Positions 1 through 10,100 of a DNA stretch of 64,000 bases are shown in pieces (position 1 is the stretch's first letter; the number at the start of each line of letters is the position of its first letter). The stretch spans positions 32,001 to 96,000 of the forward strand of contig CAVUWA010000011.1 in assembly GCA_963744995.1 (NCBI GenBank), given 5' to 3'. The stretch is from Candidatus Eiseniibacteriota bacterium (GTDB lineage Bacteria > Eisenbacteria > RBG-16-71-46). Both the position numbers and the translations under genes were made by a program. The notes under the pieces are model-generated. The model did not search any database and was not told where the DNA came from. It saw only the letters and a list, made by a program, of their open reading frames with translations.

Positions 1-107
1 GCGGTCGCCGCTCCGAACAACGGCACGAGAACGAGGAGCGACGCGAGCAGCGCGTCTGCCGCGGGAGTCGAGCGACGGGGGTGAAGATGCCGGGAGAAGA
101 TCCGCAT
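1..107 (-). CDS. 5' fragment of a probable exported protein (runs off the window edge)
   Basis: ATG at 107 preceded by GAGG; translates MRIFSRHLHPRRSTPAADALLASLLVLVPLFGAAT, a basic N-region plus hydrophobic stretch like a signal peptide. Confidence 0.5.
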   Translation of the reverse strand, partial: MRIFSRHLHPRRSTPAADALLASLLVLVPLFGAAT

Positions 108-421
108 GCGGGCCTCGGAGAAGTAGGTGCGGAACGTGGGCCGGGCCGGCGCCCTGGTGGTCCGACAAGTCTAGATTCCGCCGCGGGCCGCTGTCTGCAA
201 CTTTCCTGAACGCCTGTGGCGGAAGATCGCCGCGAAAGTGGCCCCGCGTGCCGCCGCAGCCGCGCGTGCCGGGCGGCGGAGCGACCGGGCCTCCCGGGGC
301 GTGTCTTCTCCGAACCGGGGGCTACTTGCGTCGTCCGGGTGGTTGGTGGAACGCTGTGGGGCGGCTGGGCGTGGCCGGATTCGAGGGGCCCGCCCGCTGA
401 GGGCCGCAGGAGATTCGGGTC

Positions 422-2872
422 ATGGTTTCGCTGCGCGAGGCGACAGGAACGGCCGGACCACCGGCCGCCGCGCCCGCAGGCTCAGCCGCCGGTCTCAGCA
501 GCATCGAAGCCAGACGGCGCCTGGACGAGGTCGGTTACAACGAGCTGGCGGAAGAGCGTACCCACCCGCTGCTCGATTTCCTCAAGCACTTCAACGGACC
601 GATCGCGTGGATGATCGAGGCGGCGGCCGTTCTGTCCGCGCTGGTGCGTCACTGGCCGGACTTCTGGATGATCCTGGCGCTGCTCGTCGCCAACGCGTTC
701 GTCGGCTTCTGGGAGGAGTACCAGGCCGGGAACGCGGTGCGCGCGCTGAAGGCCAGGCTGGCGTTGCAGGCGCGCGTGCGGCGCGACGGGCGCTGGACCG
801 CGCTGCCGGCCCGCGAACTGGTCCCCGGCGATCTGATCCGCGTGCGGCTCGGCGACATCGTCCCGGCGGATGCGCGGCTGGCGGAAGGCGATCCGGTCGA
901 GGTGGATCAGTCCGCACTCACCGGCGAGTCGCTGCCGGTGACCCGCAAGTGCGGTGAGTCGCTGTACTCGGGGTCGATCCTGCGTCAGGGCGAGGCCGAC
1001 GCCGAGGTCACCGCCACCGGTGCCCGCACCTACTTCGGCCGCACGGCGCAGCTGGTCGTCGAGGCGCGCAACGTCAGTCACTTCCAGCGCGCGGTGCTCA
1101 GGATCGGCAACTACCTCATCGCGATCGCCGTCGCCCTGGTGGCCCTGATCCTCGTGGTCGCGTCGCTGCGCGGCGACCGGATGACGACCACGCTGCAGTT
1201 CGCGCTGGTCCTGACCGTGGCGGCGGTCCCCGTGGCGATGCCGACGGTGCTGTCGGTGACCATGGCGGTGGGCGCACGGCTGCTGGCGGCCAAACGCACC
1301 ATCGTCAGCCGGCTGGCGGCGATCGAGGAGCTGGCCGGCATGGACGTGCTCTGCTCGGACAAGACCGGCACGCTCACCCAGAACCGGCTCACGCTCGGCG
1401 AGCCGTTCAGCGTCGCGGGCGTGGGCCGCGACGAGGTGATTCTCGCCGCGGCGCTGGCATCGCGCGAGGAAGACCGCGACGTCATCGACCAGGCCGTGCT
1501 CGGTGGCGTCAAGGACCGTGGGGCGCTCGAGCGGTTCCGGGTGACGCGCTTCCAGCCGTTCGACCCCGTGCGCAAGCGCACCGAGGCCGCCGTCGCGGGG
1601 CCGGACGGCCGGGCGTTCCGGGTCACCAAGGGCGCGCCACAGGTGATCCTCGCGCTGGTGGCCGACGCGGACCGGGTGAGAACCGCCGTCGAGGAGACCA
1701 TTCACGCGTTCGCCGTGCGCGGCTTCCGCTCGCTCGGCGTCGCGCGGAAGGAGGACGACGGCGCGTGGCGGTTTCTCGGCGTGCTGCCGTTGTTCGACCC
1801 GCCGCGCGCGGACTCGAAGGACACGATCGCCGCCGCGCGCCGGATGGGCGTGCAGGTGAAGATGGTGACCGGCGACCAGCTCGCCATCGGCCGCGAGGTT
1901 GCCGGGCAGCTGGGGCTCGGCGCGGATCTGGTGGATGCGAAGGTCTTCGACGATGCACCGCGGGCGCGGGAGGCGCGGCTGGACCGGGCCATCGAGAACG
2001 CGGACGGCTTCGCGCAGGTGTTTCCCGAGCACAAGTTTCACATCGTCGAGGTCCTGCAGCGGAACGGCCACATCGTCGGCATGACCGGCGACGGGGTCAA
2101 CGACGCACCGGCGCTGAAGAAGGCCGATTGCGGCATCGCCGTGTCGGGGGCGACGGACGCGGCGCGGGCCGCGGCGGCGATGGTGCTGCTCACGCCCGGG
2201 CTGTCGGTGATCATCGACGCCATCCGGGAGAGCCGGAAGATCTTCCAGCGCATGACCAGTTACGCGATCTACCGGATCGCCGAGACCGTCCGGGTCCTGC
2301 TGTTCATGACCCTGTCGATCGTGTTCTTCAACTTCTATCCGCTGACCGCCGTGATGATCGTGCTGCTCGCCCTGCTGAACGACGGCGCGATCCTGTCCAT
2401 CGCCTACGATCGCGTGCGCTATTCCGACGCACCGGAAGTCTGGGACATGCGCCGGGTGCTCGGCATCGCGACCGCGCTGGGCGTCACGGGCGTGCTGGCC
2501 TCGTTCGGCCTGTTCTATCTCGGCGAGCGCGTCTTCCACCTGGACCGGCCGACGATCCAGACGCTGATGTACCTGAAGCTCTCGATCGCGGGCCACCTGA
2601 CGATCTTCCTGACGCGCACCCGCGGGCCGTTCTGGCGCTCGCGCCCCGCGCCGATTCTGCTGCTGGCCGTCATCGGCACGCAGCTCCTCGCGACGTGGAT
2701 CGCGGTGACCGGCGTCTTCATGCCGGCGATCGGCTGGGGCTGGGTCGCCTTCGTCTGGGGTTACGCGGTGGCTTCGTGGCTGGTGGGGGATGTCGTGAAA
2801 GGGCTCGCGTACCATGTTCTCGACTCGATGCCGGCCACGCCCTCGCCGACGATCGCGCAGGCGGCACGGTGA
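422..2872 (+). CDS. Plasma-membrane proton-efflux P-type ATPase (P3A subfamily)
   Basis: TGES actuator, PVAMP in TM4, CSDKTGTLTQN phosphorylation motif, KGAP, MTGDGVNDAPALKKAD, LLNDG in TM6; AGGAG RBS. Confidence 0.93.
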   Translation: MVSLREATGTAGPPAAAPAGSAAGLSSIEARRRLDEVGYNELAEERTHPLLDFLKHFNGPIAWMIEAAAVLSALVRHWPDFWMILALLVANAFVGFWEEYQAGNAVRALKARLALQARVRRDGRWTALPARELVPGDLIRVRLGDIVPADARLAEGDPVEVDQSALTGESLPVTRKCGESLYSGSILRQGEADAEVTATGARTYFGRTAQLVVEARNVSHFQRAVLRIGNYLIAIAVALVALILVVASLRGDRMTTTLQFALVLTVAAVPVAMPTVLSVTMAVGARLLAAKRTIVSRLAAIEELAGMDVLCSDKTGTLTQNRLTLGEPFSVAGVGRDEVILAAALASREEDRDVIDQAVLGGVKDRGALERFRVTRFQPFDPVRKRTEAAVAGPDGRAFRVTKGAPQVILALVADADRVRTAVEETIHAFAVRGFRSLGVARKEDDGAWRFLGVLPLFDPPRADSKDTIAAARRMGVQVKMVTGDQLAIGREVAGQLGLGADLVDAKVFDDAPRAREARLDRAIENADGFAQVFPEHKFHIVEVLQRNGHIVGMTGDGVNDAPALKKADCGIAVSGATDAARAAAAMVLLTPGLSVIIDAIRESRKIFQRMTSYAIYRIAETVRVLLFMTLSIVFFNFYPLTAVMIVLLALLNDGAILSIAYDRVRYSDAPEVWDMRRVLGIATALGVTGVLASFGLFYLGERVFHLDRPTIQTLMYLKLSIAGHLTIFLTRTRGPFWRSRPAPILLLAVIGTQLLATWIAVTGVFMPAIGWGWVAFVWGYAVASWLVGDVVKGLAYHVLDSMPATPSPTIAQAAR

Positions 2873-4389
2873 ACCCCGAAACCCGCCCCGCCACCCGCGT
2901 CCCTTCGCTGCTCCACAACTGGGTGAGCCTCGCAGGCGGCATTCTCGCCGCGTCGAGCTTCTTCGCGGTCGCCTGCCTGATCGCGCTCGATCTGTTCCGC
3001 GGCTTCGCCAACCCGTATCTGGGAATCCTCACCTACATCGTCGCGCCGGTGTTCCTGATCGCAGGACTCGTGCTGATCGCGGCCGGAGCGCTGTGGGAGC
3101 GCCGGCGCCGGCGCACGCTGCGCCCCGGCGTGGTGCCGGAATACCCGCGCGTCGACTTCAACGTGCCGCGGCAGCGCAACGCTTTCCTGGCCGTGGCCGG
3201 GATCACGGCGGTGTTCTTTCTCTCGACCGCCGTGGGCAGCTATCGCACCTACCAGTTCACCGAGTCGGTCTCGTTCTGCGGCAGGACCTGCCACTCGATC
3301 ATGCAACCCGAGTACACGGCGTACCGGCAGTCGCCGCATGCGCGGGTCGACTGCGTGCAGTGCCACATCGGACCGGGGGCGAGCTGGTACGTGAAGTCCA
3401 AGCTCTCGGGCGCGTATCAGGTCTACGCCACGCTGGCGAACCGGTATCCGCGCCCGATCCCCACGCCGATCGAAAACCTGCGGCCCGCGCGCGAGACCTG
3501 CGAACAGTGCCACTGGCCGCGGCAGTTCTTCGGCGCCACCCAGAAGACGTTCCACCACTACCTGCCCGACGCGCGGAACTCACCGTGGACGATCCAGATG
3601 CTGCTCAAGGTGGGCGGCGGCGATCCCGAATTCGGCACGGTCGGCGGCATTCACTGGCACATGGCGATCGCCAACAGGATCGAGTACATCGCCGGCGACA
3701 CCCGGCGCGAAGTGCTTCCCTGGGTGCGTCTCACCGACGCCGAAGGCCACGTCACCGTCTATCAGTCCGGCGAAGGCCGGCTGACCCCCGCCCAGATCGC
3801 CGCGGCACAGCCGCGCGTGATGGACTGTATCGACTGTCACAATCGGGCGGCGCACGCCTACCGCGCACCGGTCGATGCGGTGGATCTCGCGCTGCAGACC
3901 GGGCGCATCGACCGCTCGATCCCGGACATCGAGGCACAGGCGGTCGCGGCACTGACCGCGCCCTATCCCAGCGCGGACAGCGCCCGGCGCGGGATCGCCC
4001 GGACGCTGACGGCGTTCTATGAATCGCAGCGGCCCGCGTTCATGGCGGCGCACCGGCCGCTCGTGTCGGCGGCGGTCGATGAAGTGCAGCGCATCCACGC
4101 ACAGAGCTTCTTCCCCGCGATGAAAGTGGACTGGCGCACGTACCCCGATCACGCCGGCCACCTGAACGCGCCGGGGTGCTTCCGCTGCCACGACGGCAAC
4201 CACACCAGCAGCGACGGCAGGACGATCTCCCACGACTGCAACGCCTGCCACACGATCATCGCCCAGGGATACGCCGACTCGCTGCAGACGAGCGTCGCGG
4301 GCCTGGAATTCCGGCACCCCGTGGACATCTCCGGCGCCTGGCAGGAGATGAACTGTTCCGACTGCCACGACGGATCGCTGGTGCAGTGA
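2869..4389 (+). CDS. NapC/NirT-family membrane-bound multiheme cytochrome c, ImcH-like (3 TM helices, 7 heme motifs)
   Basis: GTG start overlaps ATPase stop (GTGA); three N-terminal hydrophobic helices; CGRTCH (CX3CH), CVQCH, CEQCH, CIDCH, CFRCH, CNACH, CSDCH; 506 aa. Confidence 0.88.
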   Translation: MNPETRPATRVPSLLHNWVSLAGGILAASSFFAVACLIALDLFRGFANPYLGILTYIVAPVFLIAGLVLIAAGALWERRRRRTLRPGVVPEYPRVDFNVPRQRNAFLAVAGITAVFFLSTAVGSYRTYQFTESVSFCGRTCHSIMQPEYTAYRQSPHARVDCVQCHIGPGASWYVKSKLSGAYQVYATLANRYPRPIPTPIENLRPARETCEQCHWPRQFFGATQKTFHHYLPDARNSPWTIQMLLKVGGGDPEFGTVGGIHWHMAIANRIEYIAGDTRREVLPWVRLTDAEGHVTVYQSGEGRLTPAQIAAAQPRVMDCIDCHNRAAHAYRAPVDAVDLALQTGRIDRSIPDIEAQAVAALTAPYPSADSARRGIARTLTAFYESQRPAFMAAHRPLVSAAVDEVQRIHAQSFFPAMKVDWRTYPDHAGHLNAPGCFRCHDGNHTSSDGRTISHDCNACHTIIAQGYADSLQTSVAGLEFRHPVDISGAWQEMNCSDCHDGSLVQ

Positions 4390-4395
4390 GGCGCC

Positions 4396-6858
4396 TCAGC
4401 GCATGATCGACACGCGCCGCGTCAGCGTTCTCCCTTCCGCCTCGAGCCGGATCACGTAGAGCCCGCTCGCGACGCCCGCCCCGGCGGCGTTGGCACCATC
4501 CCACGACGCGGCGTGAGTGCCGGCCGGCAGCGCGCCGTCCACCAGCACGCGCACGCGCCGCCCCTGCATGTCGAAGACCGCGAGCCGCACGTGCGCGGGG
4601 CGCGGCAGGTCGAAGCTCAGCCGCGTCACCCCGCGGCTCGGATTCGGGGCCGGCATCGCCAGCGCCAGCATGTGCGGCAGCGTGGCATCCACGTCGACCG
4701 TGCCGTTCGGCGCGAGCGTCGCCGCCGGCCCGATGTTGCCGTGCGTGTCGATCGCGACCAGCTTGTACCACCCGGGCGTCAGGTCGTCCGTCACCCAGCC
4801 GGTCGCCGTGGTCGAGGCGAGCAACGCACCGCCCACGGGATCGAAGTCCGGCGTCGCGCCGCGATACAGGCGGTAGTACGCGAGGTCGGGCGCGGGGTTG
4901 CTTCCCCACTGGAACACGATCTGCGCCGCCAGGAACTGCGCGGTGAAGGGCTGCGTCACCGGCGGCCCGAGATCGTCCACCGAGTAGCCGCTGTCGGGTG
5001 CCGATTCCCAGTGCGCCGGGGTGAACTGATGAACGGCGTCGACCATGAACGTCGTGTAGGGATTCGCTCCGGCGATCGAATCGGTCGTCGTGGCCGCCGT
5101 GTAGCTGTAGCCGCTGAAGCCCTTGCCGGGGACACGATCCACGTACTCCCAGTAGATGACACCGGCCCCCGTCGCCTGCGCGCGCCACGCACCGGGCGGT
5201 GGCGCGGCGGGCGGCTCCGCCGTGATCGAAGACGCTGCGGCCACGGGCGCCGGGCGCGTCCACAGCGTGCGCCGTCCCGCGGTCAGCGCGGAGATGGCGA
5301 CCGCGGTCGGCACCTGACGCCAGATCTGATATTCGAGGATTCCCGACGGGCTGCCGAAGTCCAGCCAGCTCGGCGTCCACGAGATCCGCACCTGCCCGCC
5401 TTCGTCGCCGGCGACGTCCTTGACCGACGCGATCGAGGCGCTCGGATCGCCGAGCACGCCGAAACCGTCGACACGCTGGACGTAGGCTTCGCTGGTCAGG
5501 TCGCGGGCGTCCGACCAGTACACGATCGCGCCGTGGCGATCGTCGGCAACCAGCCCGCTGGGGAAATTGGGATTGTTCGCGGTGCACACCGCCGTGCCGC
5601 CGTACCCCCAGCCGCTCACCAGCTGCCCCTGTCCGTCGAGGTGTGAAGCATAGATGTCGACCCCGCCCGAGCGGACGTCGGCCCAGGCCGCGAAGATTCC
5701 ACCCAGGCCGTCGGCCATGATCTCCAGACCGTTGCCGGAGCCCGGCGAGTCGCTCACCTTCACGCCGCAGTCCGGCCATCCCGGCGCGGGTGCACCCGAC
5801 CCGTCGAGCCGCAGCGCATAGACGTCCGAGCCGGCGACGTCGCGATAGTCCTGCCACGCCACGTAGAGGGGGTTCCCGGCGCCGGCGAGGATGCGGATCC
5901 GGTGGTGGTTCTGCGCTCCGGCGCACAGCGCGCGCCCGCCCGGAGTCCAGTATTCGGTCGTCACGGTCGAGTCCACGCGCTGACCGAAGACGTCGAACGG
6001 GCCGTTGCGGGAATCCCGCCAGGCCACGAACGCTCCGCCCGCTCCGTCGGATTCCACCACCGCCTGCTCACGCCCGCCTGCGCCGCTGCCGATGACGAAA
6101 CCGCCCGTGCCCAGCACCCCGCCCCCCGGCGTCAGGCGCGCGATCCGGATCTCGATCGTGCCGTTCGTGTCGCTGCGCCAGACGACGAACGCTCCCCCGT
6201 TTCCGTCGCTCGCAATCGTCGCCTCTGTTTCATCGGCGGTAGACGTCGAGATGAAGTACGTCGCGACGGCTCCGGTGCTGTCGACGTGAGCGCCGTAGAT
6301 GTCGCGATCGGTGGGTGAGTAGGAATGCAGCCAGACGATGTAGGCCCCGCCGATGCCGTCGGCGGCGATCTTCGGGTCGTATTCGAACTCGGCCGAGACC
6401 CGGATCGGAACACCGTCGATGGGCCAGCCGGGCGCCGGCGCGCCGTCACTGCGGATGCGCTGCGCGAAGATGTCGGCGGTCGCGCCGCCGTTGCGCGCAT
6501 CGAGCCAGGTGAGGATGGCGCCCCCGTAGCCGTCCGCGACGATCGCAGGCGAGTCCTGATAGTCGGGGGCGACGCACACCGGATTCCCGCTCGACGACCA
6601 GCCGGCGGGGCGCTCGCCGTTCCGGTCCAGCCGCGAGATGAAAATGTCGCTGTTCATGTTGCCGTTGCGGAAGTCCCGGTAGGCGGCGATCACGCCGCCG
6701 GCCCCGTCGGAAACGGCGACGATGATGTCCCGGTTGTCGGGGCTGTCGGTCAGGGGGTTGTTGACGTTCGGATCGTGGGACCACGCACCGAGGGCGGGGC
6801 GAACGGGGGCGGCGTTGAACGCGAGCAGTGCGAGCACGAGGCAGGTGAGGCGGCGCAA
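4396..6858 (-). CDS. Secreted repeat (beta-propeller-like) protein with C-terminal FlgD-Ig/T9SS-like sorting domain
   Basis: GGAGG then TTG at 6858; signal peptide; about 8 repeats of (S/A)DGxGGxxxxWxDxR; C-terminus PNPS...VFDMQGRRV...WDG...SGLYVIRL...RRVSIMR. Confidence 0.8.
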   Translation of the reverse strand: MRRLTCLVLALLAFNAAPVRPALGAWSHDPNVNNPLTDSPDNRDIIVAVSDGAGGVIAAYRDFRNGNMNSDIFISRLDRNGERPAGWSSSGNPVCVAPDYQDSPAIVADGYGGAILTWLDARNGGATADIFAQRIRSDGAPAPGWPIDGVPIRVSAEFEYDPKIAADGIGGAYIVWLHSYSPTDRDIYGAHVDSTGAVATYFISTSTADETEATIASDGNGGAFVVWRSDTNGTIEIRIARLTPGGGVLGTGGFVIGSGAGGREQAVVESDGAGGAFVAWRDSRNGPFDVFGQRVDSTVTTEYWTPGGRALCAGAQNHHRIRILAGAGNPLYVAWQDYRDVAGSDVYALRLDGSGAPAPGWPDCGVKVSDSPGSGNGLEIMADGLGGIFAAWADVRSGGVDIYASHLDGQGQLVSGWGYGGTAVCTANNPNFPSGLVADDRHGAIVYWSDARDLTSEAYVQRVDGFGVLGDPSASIASVKDVAGDEGGQVRISWTPSWLDFGSPSGILEYQIWRQVPTAVAISALTAGRRTLWTRPAPVAAASSITAEPPAAPPPGAWRAQATGAGVIYWEYVDRVPGKGFSGYSYTAATTTDSIAGANPYTTFMVDAVHQFTPAHWESAPDSGYSVDDLGPPVTQPFTAQFLAAQIVFQWGSNPAPDLAYYRLYRGATPDFDPVGGALLASTTATGWVTDDLTPGWYKLVAIDTHGNIGPAATLAPNGTVDVDATLPHMLALAMPAPNPSRGVTRLSFDLPRPAHVRLAVFDMQGRRVRVLVDGALPAGTHAASWDGANAAGAGVASGLYVIRLEAEGRTLTRRVSIMR

Positions 6859-7108
6859 GACGACCTCCCGGGGGTTGGAGTCACGGCGTTGCGCGACGCG
6901 GCGTCGCCGCGCCGTATGCGAAGCATTCGTCCTGATCGAGGAACATCGCGCCCTGGGGAGCCACGAAATCGTCCGCCGAGCCGCACGGCGAAGGCAAGAC
7001 ATTTCTCGCGTCCGCGTCCGCGACGGGGCGAGGGGCGACCCGGGCAGGGCGTGGTGCAGAACGGCGCCGCGCGCCGCAGCAACATGCGGGCGCGGCGCCG
7101 GAACCGCG

Positions 7109-10100
7109 CTAGAACTCGCTCACCGCCTGGTCGCGGTGGAGCATCAGCACCTTCGCGTCGGGGTCCACCAGCACCTTCGCCGGCTTGAAGTCGCAGACGA
7201 TCTTCACCGTCTGCTTCTCCCGCGCCCCGAGCGTCACCGTGCGGCGCGCCTCGTGGTACTGCTTCACGGTGGCCGCTTCGGCGTCCCCCGCGGCGTGTGC
7301 GTCACCTGCAGCCTCGACGCTCGCGACCCGCGCGTCCGGTGCGTTCGCCGCCGCCGCTGCGGTCTTCGCCGGCGCGCCGGCGTGGGCGTCCTTCTTCGGG
7401 AAGCGCTCGCCGCGCACCGCGGCCACATCGACGGGCATGGTGCCGGTGCCGATGTTCTGGATCTCGAGGGTCACCTCCCAGTGCGGCTCGGGTACTTCGC
7501 CCGCACCCGCCGAGGGCGGCGAGGCCTGCACGCGGTCGGCCTTCAGGATCCTGTACTCGGGCACCACGACCTCGAAGAACCATTGCCGCGCGAAGTCGTC
7601 GAACGCTTCGGGATCCGCCGCGTGCTTCCGCATGACCGCCACGAAGTCCTCGAGCACGGCATGATCGGGATTGACCTCGTAGGTGCGGATGAAGTCCTGC
7701 AACCCGGCGAGCGCGCGCTCGCGGCCCATGAAGTTGTAGAGCATCCAGAATACCCAGCCGCCTTTGTCGTACGTGACGCTGGTGTCGCCCTTCTTGGTGC
7801 CGTCGATCTTCACGAGCGGCCGCTCGGCGTCCTTCTGGCGCCGTTCGCCGTAGCGCGACTCGATGCGTTTCGCGAACTCGATGCGCTGCTGCTCGCCCTT
7901 CACCTGGTCGAACAGCAGCATCGTCGAGAAGTGCGCCATGCCTTCCGACAGGACGTTGCCGCCCGGCCCTTCGCCCGGCAGCAGGATGTTGCCCCACCAC
8001 TGGTGCGCGGATTCGTGCGCGGTGACCATGAACGCCAGATTCGCGCGCGGATCGCTCTTGGTGAGGAAGCCGATGCTCTCCGCAAAGGTGATGTCGGTCG
8101 GGAACCCCTGCGCGTAGGTCGCCAGCGCCGGGAACTCGCTGATCTTCAACCGCGCCCACGGGAACGGCATGAACCACTCCGAGTAGTACTGGCGCGCGGC
8201 GTCGAGCGCCTCGGACATCTCGGCGAGGTTGTACTCGTGGCCGGCGTGGTAGTAGATCGCCGTGCCGTGGCCTTCCTTGACCTTCCACTGCCCGGCCACG
8301 ACGTTGAAGAACTTCACCGGATGGTCGGTGCGCCACTCGGTGGTGCGCACGCCCTTCTCGACCCGATCGCTCACCTTCACGCCGACCGAGTTGTAGGTGT
8401 ACGCGGCGGGTCCGCTGACGCGGATGTCGGAGGTCATGCCGTCGCTCGCGCCGAACGCGGCGTCGGTGCGGCCGACGTAGAAGTCCACCGGCCACTCCTT
8501 CGAGTCGAAGCGGTTCTTGTCGTCGATCCCGACGTCCTCCATGTAGCCGACCACGGGGACGAAACTCGGCGTGAAGCTGGTGAGCACCACGCCCGACGGC
8601 AGGATGAACTCGCCCATGCCGCCGCCGTTCCTGGTGATGCCGTCCGGGTAGCGGCCGTCGAACTGGAAGCCGATCGTCATCGTGTCGCCCGGCATCAGCG
8701 GTCCCGGAGTGTCGAAGACCATGAGGCCCATTCGGTCTTCGGGCATTGCCGCGTGGCCGTTCATCGTCCATTTCATGTGCTTCCAGTGCAGTCCGCGGGT
8801 GAGCGGAACCTGTGCCATCGAAAAATCGTGGTCGTTGACGAGCGTGAAGACGCCGCGGCTCTTCACGCCGTGCTTCGCCGGATCCAGCGTGAGGTCGAGA
8901 TCCAGATTCACGATGGACGGGTACTTCGCGCCGCGCCAGGTGGCGACATTGCGGCGCCAGTAGTCCTTGCGGGCCTTCTCGGCGGCCGGACCCTGCGGCC
9001 CTCCGGCGACCTGCATGTAGAGGATGACGCCGAGCACGACCGGTACGATCGCGTACGGCGCGAGCGCCATTCCCGCGCGCGCCAGCGACGACGGGCGCAG
9101 GCGGTCGCCGAGTTTCGACATGTCGCGCTCCGCGCGCGTGAACACACGCGACGTGAGCGCGATCAGGAACACCGCGACGCCGAGCCACATGAGCCGGTTG
9201 AGCAGGATGGCGACGCGATCGATCTCGAACACGCCCATGTCGGACCACTGCAGGGTGCTCCACATGTCCCAGTTGCCCACCCAGTTCATCTTGCCGACGC
9301 CCTGGCGGTAGCCGGTGAAGATCAGCGCTGCGAGCGCGATCGCGTAGGTCGTGTAACGGTTGCGGGTCAGCGCCTGCACCGCCATGACGAACGTCGTCCA
9401 CACGATGAACGTGGTGAGCACGACCGCGCCCCAGATGAGCAGGAAGGGGCGCGGGTCGAGCGGCACCCGGCCCTGGATCGCCAGCGCCAGCATGCAGCCG
9501 GCGAGCGCCGCGAGCAGAATCGACGCGGCGACCACCGCGTTGGCGAGCGCCTTGCCCAGCAGCGCCGCCCCGGTGCGGATCGGCGTCGCGTGGAAGATCG
9601 CGCTGAGGCCGCTGCGGCGCTCGCGCTCCATGGATTCCACCGTATAGAAGAGCAACAGCAGCGCGACCAGCACGGTGACGACGTTCATCGTCGCCACGGC
9701 GAGCGTGCCCGCCGTGTGGAGCAACGGCGTATCGAAGGGGCCCTCGTTGAAGAACGCCTGCCCGATCACCTGGAGCATGATGAGCGGCACGAACAGGTAA
9801 AGCCCGGGCTGGCTGCGCAGCTCCTTGAGCTCGGCGCGCATGACGGTCCACGCGCCCCTCATGAAGCCGATCGCGCCGCCGGTCATGTGCAGCGCGGCCA
9901 GGCCGCTGCGGCCGTCTTCGCCCGCGGCGGTCGCGGCCGCCGGGACCGCGGCCGTCTCGGCGGCGAGCGCGGCTTCGACCTGGCCCGCGCGCACGGCCCT
10001 GGCCTTCAGTTTCTCGCCGCGCAGCTGGCGCGCGAAGCGCCAGTGCGCGAGCGCCGCGCTGCCGAGACCCAGCACCAGCAGCCACAGCCGGTTCAGGAGG

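Noticed and set aside
1765..2868. Long N-terminal extensions in the ORF track (1765, 12028, 14856, 34150, 36648, 42891, 48910, 51402)
   Set aside because: They overlap neighbouring genes in low-complexity frames; internal starts with an RBS or stop-start overlap fit better, so these are not real fusions
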